Shown here in pieces: positions 42,711-56,665 of a stretch of 64,000 nt of DNA; positions within the stretch are counted from its first letter, which is position 1, and each line of letters opens with the position of its first letter. The notes under the pieces were generated by a model. It did no database searches, had not been told where the DNA came from, and saw only the letters and a program-made list of their open reading frames with translations. The translations under genes were made by a program, and so were the position numbers. Source of the stretch: Eledone cirrhosa. Taxonomy: Eukaryota. The stretch spans positions 20,274,001 through 20,338,000 of the forward strand of contig OZ024746.1 in assembly GCA_964016885.1 (NCBI GenBank). Reading direction: 5' to 3'.

Positions 42711-43127
42711 CACTCTAACACAACTAGATATCTATCTGATGAGTCTCCCATATAAATTACTGTTTCAGTATATTTATTTAGGCACAATTTCTAACACCAT
42801 AACATCCCAGTTATAACGGCACATGGGATCCTTCACCCCACAACAAAAACTTTTGTATTTATACACTTTCGTTTTAACAAAGTCTTCGGATTTTTGTGTT
42901 AAAATTACCCCCCACCCCACCCCCCAAAAAAATTATCTTTAAAAGCTCAGAAACTAGGGAATTTGTTGATGCTTTTTATTCTTTTTAATGAATACATTTA
43001 TGAATATGTTTTTTTTTTTTGTAATTATATTTTCGCCCTGAAAAGCAGTTTATTTAAACTTTACAGAAAGTAAAACGATACAGTACTAATACTTTTTTTT
43101 TTATTGAATACACGTTACTTTCATTAT

Positions 43128-43305
43128 TTATTGGCAGTATCGGTAGAGGGTCGGACGCCATGCTTTCCAGCATAGTTACGTCCCTTTACGATCTGAGTTC
43201 AAATCCCGCCGAGGTTGACTTTGCCTTTCATCCTTACGGGGTCGATAAAATAAAGTACCAGTACACTGGGTAATTGCTGGCCTTGTGCCTAAAGTAGAAA
43301 CAATT
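43128..43305 (+). mobile_element. SINE, dominant family
   Basis: Near-consensus; other plus copies at 19090-19205, 45475-45670, 48107-48325, 50925-51122, 59815-60030 and 61905-62035. Confidence 0.85.
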
Positions 43306-46300
43306 ATTTAGGGAAACTAATTCAAGCTATCACAATATATTCGTGGTTTTTTATCCATCAAATTAATATTTTTATAAAGCATTGGTTTGACCTTCATTAT
43401 TGATTTTTGTTTCAAAGTCCTTTTTATATTATTTTTTAATTAATGTTTTGAAAATTCTTAATTAATGTTCAAAACAAAAGCTTTAAGACATGTTTTTCTT
43501 TCTCTCTTTAAACATGATAAAACAAAGTTAGAAACGTGGTGACTAAAAATCCACGTCTAAACGAATGTAGAAAAGGTTTAAAGTATTAAAAGTTGTAAAA
43601 CTATTAGCGATATTCCGAAGTTATAAATCCGACAATTTCAAACAGAAGCGGCGGAACATTTAAGACATGGGCTGCTATTTTTAGCAGATCGTGCGACCAC
43701 ACATGCTTTCACGTTGAATGATTTTGGAATTTGGACTGTTATTATTAGTTTGTTTGTTTTTTTCGCCTGTAAATATGTGTGCATTTAATGAACTTTAGTT
43801 CATTTGTCAAATAATACATTTATTTTTTTATTAATTTCACTATTCTAATTACTTTAAATATAAATATTATTTTTGTTTCTTTATAGGGGAGGGGATAATT
43901 GCGCCATTTTGGGGGCTCTTAATCTAGTTTCGCACCTTCAATACAATGTTGCTACATTATTTTCATAAAAAAGTAGTACAATTGTGTGAGAAAGTAGTCT
44001 AAAATATGTGTGTATATATAATTTGCCTCTAGGTCAGTTTTAATTTATTACGTAAAACAAAAACAAAATATTAAAGTAACAAGTACCCACACCAGCAACT
44101 TGTAAGTCTCTGAAAAGTAGCATAATTTATTACTTGTAACCCAATCTAGCAACCCTTTTAAATCCAAAAGTACCACGTACAGAAACGAATCAACGAGTTT
44201 CTTCTATTCACTCACTCGATATGATAAAAATAGCTATCACTCCTTAAATCCTACCATTTTTTTTAACCTATATACTCAAAACGATAAAACTGGAGTGCAT
44301 ATGCTCTATTAGGTTTACCTGGGGCTAAACAATTCACATACAAGCTACAAAACTAGTTTGATGTTCAAAGTATTTAACCCTGTCCCAACGCATCATCAAA
44401 ATATCTAGTTTCGCTCTTTAAAATGATTTGTTAAAATTATTTCTCTAATTTATTTCTTGATCGTTGATTTAAATGTAAAAAAAAAGACGGAGTGGTGGAC
44501 AAGTTTCTTTACAACTGTTTTTTTTAAAAAGAAATACTGTGTTTGTGTTGTTGATTAGCCATAGGTCAACCATGAACGAGCAGTCTTGTAATGAGACATT
44601 CCAGCCATGACCAATTCATCTTTTAGGAATAGCTAAGGCTACATTATTTGGTATGCCCTTTCCTTCCTTATTTAAGATAGTTGGGTGTTTTAAGAGAAAT
44701 TAAGCTGCTATTTCATTGTATATTGAACGATGATATAGAGGCAAGCTTGGCTCATTTAAAAAAAAATATTTTACGTGGAATATTGTTGCAGTAAAACGAA
44801 ACTGTATTGGGTCTCACATCGAAACGAAATCCAATTTAAGATTTAAATGACACGACGGATTTGTTATCTAAAATGTTAAGCTTCAATGTTCAAAATACAC
44901 TAAACAAGATATAACTTTCATCTACATTCCACACTGTAAATGTGGTTGACGTTAGGAAGGGCATCCAGCCGTAGAAACCTAGCCAGAAACAATTCTCTAT
45001 GCGCAAGAGACAGTCATCTGAACTGATCTGACTTGTCTCACAAGAGGACAACCCATCTAACCCTTGCTAGCGTGGGAAAATGGACGTTAAACTGTGATGA
45101 ATCTATTTTATGCCGTTTTAAACAAAATATATGATCTCTCCCTAGCAATTTCTATTTACAAATGTGCAATCGTTTGCTAAGCAACACTAACAGTTTATAC
45201 AGCTAAAATGTTTACATGACTACTGAGCTGGATTATTTTTATTGATTATATTCCCAACTGTTATGCCTATTGATTTATTTTTGATAGTGTGTACACCTGC
45301 TCTACACCTTATAATCCCATGGATTTTTATAATACTTGTATATCGAATATCGATGCCAAAGAGAATGAATGGTATGGTACTAGGCAACAATAAAACATTA
45401 ACAGTTTGTATTATTTTACAAGCACTTTGGCCTTGTGCCTAAAGTAGAAACAATTATTTTACAAGCACAATAAGGGCAAAGGATTGGCACAATTGTTAGT
45501 CGGACAAATGATTAAAAGTATGTTCTTGCTCATTACGTTCTGAGTTCAAATTCCGTTGAAGTGAGCTTTGCCTTTCATCCTTACAGGGTTAATAAAATAA
45601 AGTACCAGTAACACACTGGGGTCGATTTAATCAACTTTCCCCTCCCCCCAAATTGTTGGCTTTGTGAATAAATCAATTTTCTAATGTAGCATGTAAAATT
45701 AAGCATCTTAGCTTGCAGGGATTAAGGACCACCAGATAATAGATCGGGGTACTCTATCAAACACTTTTTCTAGATCAATGAAAACTAGGTTTGGCTAAAA
45801 ACTTCTCTTGTAGTTGCCTCACTAAAAAGAGGGCATCTGTAGTACTTTTCGCTGGTATGAAACCGAACTGTATCTTATCTAATTTTACTCTCTTTCCATT
45901 GCTTGCATACTTGGTTCATTAGTTTTATTCCTCTAGAGCATCATGTTTGCCCATGTATCAATTTATGATTGTACTGGTGTGCCACTACTGAGTATGACAC
46001 CGTTTTTTATTACCTGATAGACTATGCGGGTCACTAGTTTGACTCTTACTTCTCCTAATGCTTTTAGCATCTAGCAGTTATCTCTGATGGTCCTGCAGCT
46101 TTACCATTTTTCATCTCTTTAATTGCTTCTTTAACCCTAAAACAGTCAACTTCATTGGGTGGGTTGGGGGTAGTTTCTCTTCCTTCTATTCATTCATTAG
46201 TCTCTCATAGTAACATTTTCAGGCCTCTTTCTTTTGAGCATCAGTGGTGCTAAATACACCAGTGTTATTTCTAACACACACACTCACACACACACACACA

Positions 46301-46477
46301 CACACTTGGTGTACTGTGCGCTTCCTACTCAATGTATATTCTGTAGTTGCTATATATACATTTTTACATGATCTTTATCTATTCAACGTGTATTTTTAGC
46401 ATAATTTTGGGGTTCTGTTGAGATCTTTCCATTTCCGTACTTGTTGGTCTTCTGCTCTCCAACATTTATATTGATAA

Positions 46478-47010
46478 TATAAAGAATGATGTGCTCATGT
46501 GCAGAGATGCTATATCATAGGATAAAGTAAGGTGAAACCCTTAAAGATGGAAAAAGAAGTTGCTATGAGGAATTGAACGCCATATCTCCCAGATACCAGC
46601 TAGGTGCTTTTAACCATTAATCCAAGGGATAGTGACAACTCTTACCACCTTAAATTAGATAACTGAATCACAGCTTTTAAATGTCAACAAATATTGTGTA
46701 TATGTAGCTGATCTCTCGGGCTTTTACAAAGCACTGAGAAGATAAAGTTGATATAAAGAAGGATGTGCTCCTGCACGGAGGTGCTATAAAATAGCTTATA
46801 AGATAGAGTAAAGACCCTTAAAGATAGGAAAAGAAGTTGCCATCAGCTGCCAGGAGGAATTGAACCTTGAATCCCATATCTCCAAGATAGCAGCTAGGCA
46901 CTTTAATCCAAGGGACTATGACAACTCTTACCATCTTAAATTAGCTGAGTCACTCTGCATTCATATGTCAACAAATATCGTATATAACATGTATACATAG
47001 CTGATCTCTT
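46478..47010 (-). repeat. Tandem duplication (~270 bp) of a tRNA-like repeat
   Basis: Units 46478-46715 and 46750-47008; minus strand TGGATTAATGGTTAAAAGCAC...GTTCAATTCC resembles a tRNA-derived head. Confidence 0.65.
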
Positions 47011-47744
47011 GAACATGCTGGTTCATGTCCCTATTGATATTTTCTATTCAGCATGTCTATTCAGCTATCGTCGTGAAAGCTGGGAAATCCTTTTTTCACA
47101 ACCCCCTCCCTCCTTTCCTGACTTCATGTTCTGACTCTAACAATATCATCAATATCTAACAGGCCAAATTTGAGCCTCTTACAAGCTTACATCACCTGTT
47201 TGAATAAGTATACACTAAACAAATACAAACTCCTGTAAATCACACCCTAACTTCTTTAAAAAAAAGGGTTTACTTTGGATAATGTTGTTCTGAAATGTCT
47301 TTTGAGTATTGGTCTACTCACTCAGAGTTGACCTATGGCTAAACAACAGATCATCGTTTTTAGCTATGGTATGTTTAATCAGCGGCGGCGAATTGGCAGT
47401 CATTTGAACGTCGGATAGAATGATTTGTGGTATTTATTCTGACTCTCTGCTCTCTGAGTTCAAATCCTGCTGAGGTCAATAAAAAAAAAAAGTACTAGTC
47501 TAGTACTGGGGTTGATTCTGCCTCCCTTATTTTCTATCCTTCTCTGGAAGAAATATGCTGGAAAGGAGATGGGCTCCATCGGGCTTGAAATGCCCAAGAA
47601 ATGCTGTATACCACTACAGCGCCGCTACGGCTCCATCAGGAGTTGCAGGACCATACCATACCATACCATACCATACATGTTTTGATGAAATCTTTTAACA
47701 CGAGCTGAATCTTACTTTCTATATTATTTTCTCTTCCTTCTAGA

Positions 47745-47855
47745 ATGATCTGTCAACCTACACAGTCAAGTGTTTGGCTCCAACAGCCCAGATATGAAGC
47801 AGCTGAAGCTGATTTTCAATGTTATTTAAATAAATCTAGATCTCCTGCCTCAATG
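47745..47855 (+). CDS. EEF1D: Elongation factor 1-delta-like, first coding exon
   Basis: ttttctcttccttctAG acceptor then ATG; MICQPTQSSVWLQQPRYEAAEADFQCYLNKSRSPASM resembles the EF1-delta N-terminal IWFDKFKYDDAERRFYE pattern; GTAAGT donor, phase 0. Confidence 0.75.
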
Positions 47856-50800
47856 GTAAGTGGTTGTCATAATATAATCCCCACTCTAACTCTGCACACA
47901 CAAAAATAATGAAGCATGATCTTATGTTGATTATGAAATTCTGTTTCATTTGGATTCAATAGCTGAAAACCTGTGTAGAGTTTAACCTTTCCTACACTAG
48001 CAATTTTCATGTAATATATCATTCTATTAGTTTTACCCAGTGAGCTGTTGCAATGCTGGGGCACCACCATGAAAATAAAGTGTCATTATTTTATACCTAT
48101 GATAACAGCGGTGGATTGGCAGAATCATTAGAACATCGGACAAATGTTTAGCAGTATTTGGTCCGGCTTTTTAGTTCTGAGTTCAAATCCCGCCGAGGTC
48201 AGCTTTGCCTTTCATCCTATGAGGATCGATAAAATAAAGTACCAGTAATGCACTGGGTTTGATGTTATTGGCTTACCCCACACAATCTAAATTACTGGCC
48301 TTGTGCCTTAAGAAGAAATCATTATTTGATACCTATGATGCTTGAAAGTTTTTCTAATTATAAACAATATCTTGGCTACAAATTGGAAAGAAATTCATTT
48401 CTTATTAAAAAGCTAAAATTTTATTATATTAATTACTATTTAAATTTCTGTCTTTATAAAAGTCAATATTCACAGACTTGAAATCATGATATTTTTTTTA
48501 TATATATGTAAAAATGTCTTTCTATTTCACTGATTGTCTGTCTGTCTGTCTGACTTTCTTTCTCATCCATCATGGAATGCAATGGTTTTGGTTAAGATAG
48601 TAACCAAGCTTTATTCATTGGCATAATAGTTGGAATGACGGTTAAAATATGTAGTGGCTGGTAGAATTTGCAATATAATTTTTTTTTTTTTTTTTTTTTT
48701 TTTGTGGATGAGGTGAGATTACATGAATCTGCTTTCACTGCAGGTGGGTTGAAAAAGATTCTGTTAGAAATATTGAGAAAGTAGACTTGAGATTTGATTT
48801 CACTGCAAATGGATTGAAAAAGATCCTGGGTATTTAGAAAAATTGAGAAAAAAATACATTTGAGATCTGATTTCACTGCAGATGGGTTGAAAAACATCTT
48901 GGTTATTTAGAAACATTGAAAAACTAGATTTGAGAGGAATGGATCGCAATAATTAGGATAAGTAATATGAAGTTATGGCATGTAGTTGAAGAACTGATGT
49001 GGGTCAGGTGGTTGATGGTAGCTGAAGATGATATAATTTGAGAAAGTTTCTTGATTCACACGAATCCTCTTCATAAAAAAGACGTCTAATTCTTTTCCAA
49101 AGTTGCATCTTTCAGTATTTTTTCTCTTTCTGTACCTCCCCTCAGTTATTGATTTTCTCAGGAAGCACGGACTGTATTCATTTATATCCAATTATTTCTT
49201 ATCCTCTAGTCAAGTAGGACCCAAAAAGGCTGTGTGCTGCCCCACTTGAGACAAAATTAGTCTATTCCAAGATTATTTTTGCTGTCAAATTGTGTGCATG
49301 CATGCATCCCTACTTATTTCAGCTTGTTGCAAGCTAGTATTCCAAACCAAATTTACCAAAATATTTCTTGCAATTTGAAGGCCATCATCATCTTTAAGAA
49401 AACTTTGGTTGGGATTTGCTGGGGGGTGGGGTGTTTTTTAAAATTAATTATTTATTCAGAAAAAAACATATCAATTTTTGGTTCCCAATAGTAATTTAAA
49501 ACAATGAAAACTTCAATAGTTGTGATAATAAAACTCAATTTATTTATTCATTCCAATTCATCTCATCATCTATGACTGGATTGCTATAATTCTTTTCAGG
49601 GTTTTTTGGTTGTTTTTTGTTTTCTATTTTTTCTTTTGCATGTTTTGTTGGTGTGTGGAGTTATTTCATTTTGGTTGATTTCAACTTTTTTGTGTTCTTT
49701 CGGTGTTTTGTTTTATTTTCTTTAGAGGTGTTTTTAAGTTACAATTTTATATTCATTCTTTGTTTTTTCACTTCCCTCTTAGGGAATATAAGCGAAACAG
49801 TTCTCCCACTATCAGCCCCACCCTCCTCTCCTTTTTTTTCCTCATCTAAATTGAATATCTTTTCTTACAGTAATTTGATATCAATTCCCTGATCTCCCAA
49901 CTATGCACTTTATCAAGTAATGTGACTCCAGAAACCCTTTGGAGGGACCCCATTTCAGCCACTTGTATTCATGATTGTATTCTTTCTCATTACCCCAAAT
50001 TCATGACTAAAGGCAAGGCAAGGCCAGGTACAAATACCTCATTGAAGATAGTAAGTTTGGCTTTTACACCTATCGCCTATTTCTCTCTATAAAATTTTCA
50101 GGATGTGATGTTCAAGTGGTTAAATATATTTATATAAACTTAGAGGGTTTCTCTTCAAATTTTGATGTTAATATTGTGCTATCAACAAGCCACATGAATC
50201 TTTTCAACTGTATCTAAACTTCTTCAGTTTAAAATTTTGAAGCTGTTTTAGGAAAGGCATCAATATTATCTTTGAGTTTTTTGTTGTTGTTTTTTTTTTT
50301 TTGTGTGTGTTGTTTGTTTTAGGGTTGATTGATTAGTAAACATGTTTAGTGAGTTTATTTCATCATCATTGTTGTCTATTTCATCATCATTGTTGTTTTA
50401 TTTCCATTGATATTCTGATCAAATGCAAGGATTATATTTTAGCATATATCATCATTATCTTCGGTGTTTTGGGTGCATGGGCTCAACAAGAATTTTTTGA
50501 GGTAATAATTGTACAATCTGATGCCTGCCGTTCCTTATTTTATATATAGATGGTATATATTCTACTGATCTTCACTCATTGCCAGACTGGAGAACATGTT
50601 AGCTAAGGTGTCGATGTGAAGACATACACAGCTAAACGCACATGCGTGTACGTACACACACACGTATGTACAATGGGTTTCCACATGGTTTCGTCCATTA
50701 GTGGTAAGAAACCCTCAGAAGAGCTGGACAACAGAACTTCTTCAGAGAAGCACCCCTCAAACAACTGTTTCAGCCTTTAACTTCTTAACATCCTGTAAAA

Positions 50801-52442
50801 TTATTTTGTAGAGAATATTTAAGAACAGATTTGTTGATTCAAATGCATGTAGTACCTTTCTTTACTTGTGTACAGATCATTTTGAAAATTTGTAGTATTA
50901 AAGGACTTCATTTTTTTATGTGGTGTGGTGGATTGGCAGTAGAATCGGTAGAGCGACAGACATGTTTTATGGCATTTGTTCAGGCGCCTATTTTCTGTGT
51001 TCAAATGCTGCCATGGTTAGTTTTGTCTTTCATCCTTACAGGGTCAATAAAATAGAGTACCAGTAATGCACTGGGATCGAATTGATTGACTTTCACCTCT
51101 CCAAACATTGTTGGCCTTGTGTCCAGTCTGATCCAATCCAGAGGCGGGGGTGTAGTCTCTGGTGGTCAGCAAATAGCTGTGGTTGAATTTTGAATCCCTT
51201 GAGCCAGACATCACAAAACATCCCAACTGGTCATCCAGTATTCTATGTCCCTCCACACTGGTCAGTTATTACTTTTTTTTTTTTTTTTTTTTTTTTTGGC
51301 TTACATTGAATTTTTTAAATATTGTTTTTACATCAATAAAATGGATGAGTGGGTGGTTTTTGTCAAGTTGGATATTTGGATTATTCTTCAAGCAATTGTT
51401 TTTACAGCCCTCCCTGCTGCTCACCACTCAACCATGAATTAAGAGTGTGACCTGTTTTGTTTACCAGGCAGGGTTACATGTTTAGCCCAAGCTCTATACA
51501 ATGGCTGTAGTTATAAGGTTTGTACTCCTCTGCCTATCTTGTGGTAAGTAGTCAGCACCTTAACTTCACAGCCATTGTGCGTCAATCTAAATATTTTTAA
51601 ATGATATTTCGTTTTGTGGCAGTTTACAGGTAAATTTAGTAAAAGTTAGTTTTAATTTCAAGCTACATCTGCTTTATAGTTACCCTTTTTATTTTATAGA
51701 TATTTTATTGAGAAGTATGGGGTGTGTAGTATATTTATAACTTCATATGAAGATAATACAATAATCTTTGAAATTGTATAAGCTGTCTTCAGTTATTAGT
51801 TGATTCAGCTTCTATTGATGATCAATACAAATCAAACTCTTTCAGATGTCAGAAATTAGTAAAACACTAATTTTATTAAAAGAAGTTAACATGAATAATA
51901 TTCTTAATTCTGTAATGTATGTTTCCTTTCCTTGCCATTGTGCTTCTTTGCATCAAACAACAGCCACATCCTTGTGTAAAGTCTTAAAGATCCTTTATAT
52001 GCTTCCTATAGCTTATAGTATGCATGGGTATTAAAACATTTTGTTGTTTTTGTTGATGTCTTTTGCTTTGGTAAGTTACAAAATTACATCCTCTATATTC
52101 TGGCTTTCTTTGTATGTACACTGATAAACCTTTTTCATATATTATGCCCATACCTGAAAAAAAAAACATAAAGATGTTTAATTTCAGGTTTTGGATATCA
52201 ACGAATAATTGTTTTTTTGTTTTTTTTTAATATGCAGTATTAGGAATGTAGTAGAATTCCATTGATGAATTGATAAAAATTAGATTATGGCAGTGATATA
52301 AAAATTGTAGAAAACCTGTTTCTTAATTGGAGATATACGCAACTATTTGTTTTCATCTTTACCTCTCTCTGTCAATTCTTAGATAAAACTATTATTCAGT
52401 AACCATTTCCTCTCTCTCCCCATCTCTCCTTCCTTCCTCTTT

Positions 52443-52474
<32 letters not shown>

Positions 52475-52892
52475 TGAGGATATAAGGGGTTATAATAGGG
52501 TTTCTTTTCCCTTTCATAGGCTGCTTTTTTCTCCCGAAATTAGACTTCTTAATACATTTTACTTACAATAAGACCCCAAAATGGCAGCTTGCTTTAGAAA
52601 TTAAGTTGCTAAAAATGTGAAAGTCAAGTAAAATGCTAATTATAGTTATCTTTTGAAACCGAAATCCTTTCTAAAATTCTTTGTGTAAATCTAGCTCAAT
52701 CATACTCTTTAGGTGATTTACATTTTCCTTTGTTGCCAACAGAGATGATAGTTCCTTAACTCTCCACTTATTCTGGCTATTTTACTTCTTCAACACCCAT
52801 CTCTACAGCTGATTAGGTTCACTAGATAACAGAAGCTATCAACTACTAGCAAACTTTTTGGGCAGTTGAAATATTTTAATTCATGGATGTTC

Positions 52893-53336
52893 TTAACCCT
52901 TTTTATACCAACCAGGCCAAAACCAGCCCTGGTTCTGTGAAAGAAAACCACCCATTCCTATATAAATTTATATCTTCCAACATGATATTATACAAGAACT
53001 ATATGTTAACCCTTTAGCATTCAAATCGGCCATAACTGGCCAGAATTCTCTCACCTCTTTCTGTTCAAACCGGCCGTAACTAGCCACTCATACTGATGTT
53101 AAGGTCTTGTTTTCAAAGTAAATAATAATATCATCAAAATCTCATAGATTCGATGTGTATAATTATGTAAGGTAAAGCCTTTACTGCGAAAATACAATAG
53201 TATATATAGAGTAATGTGAATGCTAAAGGGTTAAATTATTATATTAGGAATGAAATGATTAATCGTTTGAGTAAATCCTTCAAAATTCTGTATTAATTGA
53301 GAGTATATTTCATAAATATGGTCACAAAAGGGTTAA
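52893..53336. mobile_element. Outer piggyBac-type MITE hosting the 53006-53234 insertion
   Basis: TTAA|CCCTTTTTATACCA ... TGGTCACAAAAGGG|TTAA. Confidence 0.68.
53006..53234. mobile_element. piggyBac-type MITE (copies 28333-28550; partial 57447-57632)
   Basis: TTAA|CCCTTTAGCATTCA ... TGAATGCTAAAGGG|TTAA. Confidence 0.85.
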
Positions 53337-55674
53337 TACTAAATACTCATGTGCATCTGCTACTTATGGAGCCATTTTTCTTTTTCTTTTGTCAGTGCAT
53401 CTATGGTGATCTCACTTCAGCTCCCATAATTGGATATAAACACCATAGAGATGCTACACACTCGTTTTTTTTTGCATATTGAGCATGGCACCCTTTCAGA
53501 ATGGCAATAAATGTATGTATTCTTTCCTTGCTAATTAAAGCTTTGCTAAGTTTACTTCCAGTTCTAGGCCCTGCTTTCATGTTTGGAAATTTTCCTTTAA
53601 TTCTTTGACTGATTCAGTTTCGAGAATTAGATCTAGTGTGAATGAATGTACCACTATAATTCTGTACATATTTCTCATCAACCAATCCAATCCAGAGCCT
53701 TTTCCTTTTGGAGGAACCCTTCCCTAGTTGACCTCCACCACTTTCTGTTTAGTCTTGGTTGTGTTAGGAGTGTAACCGTACTTACACATTTGGCCAATTG
53801 CAAGTTGGTGAAGCTATTTAACCCATAATTGAAGTGGCTGGTCTGAGGAGTTCATCCACCCTTTTTAACAGCTCTTGTTTTTTGTGCTGCTGGGGCTCCA
53901 CTTACCCTCTTTACCAACCAATCGACCGTGAAGTAGGTTGTACTGGGCTACATGATACCATTTTCATCTGCATTACCTTGTAATCCTGAATATCTCATTG
54001 GCAAATCTCTTACTGTTGGCTTTTCTTCTGAGTACTTGATATAGTTCCTTGCTTCTCTCTTCCTGACCTCTTGGCTGTTATGGCTACCTTCTGTATTATT
54101 CTACCATCATATTACTTGCCATTTGTTTAGAACTTGCTCCATCCACAAATCCTAGTTTGCGCTAGCTTGTAGTAGGTTGTCTTGTAGAAACTCCTGTCTG
54201 CTGTCATAACTCTGTATCTCTTCCTCCTTTTCATCAGACATTATCTAATACTTCTTTCTACTTATGTAAGATAGCAGAAGCTTTCAGCCTTCATATTTTT
54301 CTTTTTCCTGTTTGATTTCTTTCTTATGAGTCAGTCTAGTTGTTATCCTGGGGTCACTAACCACTAGCCTAAATTGAGTGATTCACAACAAGTTGTCTAT
54401 CATCTTACATATGTATCACATTTCCAAAGCAATGCAGTCTTCTCTCTTGAATACTACGTTGGATTACTCTTATACTTAGTATTTTCTCTCAGTTCACTTC
54501 TTCTGCTATGTTCGTGTACACTAACATTCACCAGAGCATATTAGCCCATGTCTCACTCCCATATAGCATTGCAGTCTACACATGGATATCATACAGTCTC
54601 CCTTCAACTTGAGAGAGAAACACTTGTTACCAGTAATACTACTGCTCCCAAAACTTCTTCAATCCTGTTCTTACTCTGACTACTACACTTTGGACACCTA
54701 GATAATAAAGGTTGCCTTGTGTGTGTGTGTAGTGGTAATTAATAACTTGGTAGAAATATCCAAGGTAGAGAGCAACTCAAGTCTGTAGGGTGAGTTTTAA
54801 TATAATTATTTAGGCCAGTTACTACAATGGAACCATACCAGAAACATACATTTCGTTGGTCTTGAGGACCAACTTTTTGGATCTGTACCAGTTCCTTTCC
54901 ACCAACACGGGTCAAAAAGGTTGTTCCTCCAGGCCAACGAAATGTATATTCCTGGTATGACCCCATTGTAGTAACTGGCCTTAATAATTATATATATATA
55001 TTTGGGGAAAATATAGATGCTTTTCAGGTTTTCCATATATTATCATTCATTGATAACTTCTGCTATAATCTTATCTATTTAAATCTATAAATACAACCCA
55101 ATGAAAAAATAGTTTTCTTGCTGATATCTGCAACTGACATATCTATCCCCACCCCCACACTATCCTATCCTCTATTTAAATAGTTTTGAATTATGAACAC
55201 TTGCCTTATCTATGTACCCACATATAATTTAAATAAAACAAATGAGCGTGGTCTACTCACTTTGCTAGAAAATTTAGCCAAATTACCCAAATCACACCTT
55301 ACTGTCTTAGAAATGGAACGACAGGACTAGAAAATAAAGATTGTATGGTCACAACTGGAATGCTTATAATGATTAGGGGTATTTAGTTAGTCTAGGCACG
55401 TGGCTTAGTGATTAAGATAGTTGGATTCGCAATCATGAGGTTGCGAGTTCAATTCTTGGACCGGATGTTGCGTTGTGTCCTTGAGCAAGATACTTTATTT
55501 CATATTGCTCCTTCTGCCAGGAGTTGCAACCAGTAGATAGTATCAGCAATGGAAAGACCAATATAAATATTGTTTCCTTGGTCTGATTTGACAAGATCTA
55601 CTCAGTAAGTGAATGAAGTCTGGGATCTTGTTGATCGATCAGTGCGAGTCTTTATGTTAAAATAGTGTATATCC

Positions 55675-56055
55675 AATCCAATCCAATCCAGACCTTCTCA
55701 CTCCTGTTGGAGGAACCCCTCCCGAGTTGACCTCCACCACTTTCTGTTTGGTTTTGGTTATCTCTTCAGGGGTATAGCTGTACTTACCACACCTGACCAA
55801 TTGTAGGTTAGAGTGGATGGCCGTTGACTACGAGGAGTTCATCCACCCTTTAACAGCTCTTTTTTTTTTTTTTTTGTGCTACTGGGGTTCCACTTACCCT
55901 CTTCACTAAACCAGAGTCTGGTGGGCGAGCTGGTTTAGTCACTGACTACATGACCACGAAGCAGGTTGTACTGGGTAACATGATACCAGTAGCAGGGAGA
56001 AGCCTGACCCGACTAGAGTTTGGTGTGAGAGCCAGTTTAGTTGCGAGCCACTCAA
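55675..56055 (-). mobile_element. Dispersed repeat with (TGGAT)n tail, likely retroposon
   Basis: Homologous copies at 53682-53960 and 35230-35430. Confidence 0.6.
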
Positions 56056-56334
56056 CCATATATCATATCATGTGTATACCTGGTTAATTCACTCAAATAT
56101 ACCCCTTCCTCTTAAAATTTGTGGTGGTTAGAAATCAATGCTGTAGTCTCGCGTATATAATATGTTGAAAAACTTTCATCAACCAAGATTATCCAAGCAA
56201 TTAAGACAAAATAATCCTGGATGTGTTTCAAATCTTCAAACAAGGGATAAGATAAGTTGGTCAGAATTTTATGACAATATTTTGACAATGCAGATCAGTC
56301 TCTGTCTATATCGTTGATATTCTTTTCTACATAT

Positions 56335-56665
56335 GGAGGCACATGGCTTAGTGGTTAGAGCATTGGCCTTGCAATCGAAAGGTTGTGAGTTCTATTCTCA
56401 GACCGGGTGATGTGTTGTTTCCTTGAGCAAGACACTTTATTTCACATTGCTCCAGTTTACTCAGCTGTAGAAATGAGATGATAGGGACTGGGGTCCCTAT
56501 CATTCCACTGCAAAGTGGTCGTGGAGGTGCCACGGCAAAAAAGCATCCAGCACTCACTGTAAATGAGGTTGGTGTTAGGAAGGGCATCCAGCTGTAGAAA
56601 TCAAGCCAGAATCAGTTCCCGTCCTTGCAAGCAGGGAAAAGCGGACGTAAAATGAAATGAAAATG
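56335..56665 (+). mobile_element. Second tRNA-derived SINE type (CORE-like central domain), composite
   Basis: TGGCTTAGTGG A-box, GAGTTCTATTC B-box, TCCTTGAGCAAGACACTT core, then AGGAAGGGCATCCAGCTGTAGAAA segment; relatives 55395-55630 (+), 24700-24925 (-), 44935-45100, 59400-59550. Confidence 0.7.

Noticed and set aside
51846-52034. Extra EF1-delta exon (cAG-ATG MSEISKTL...)
   Set aside because: No recognisable similarity and a weak donor; unsupported without RNA data
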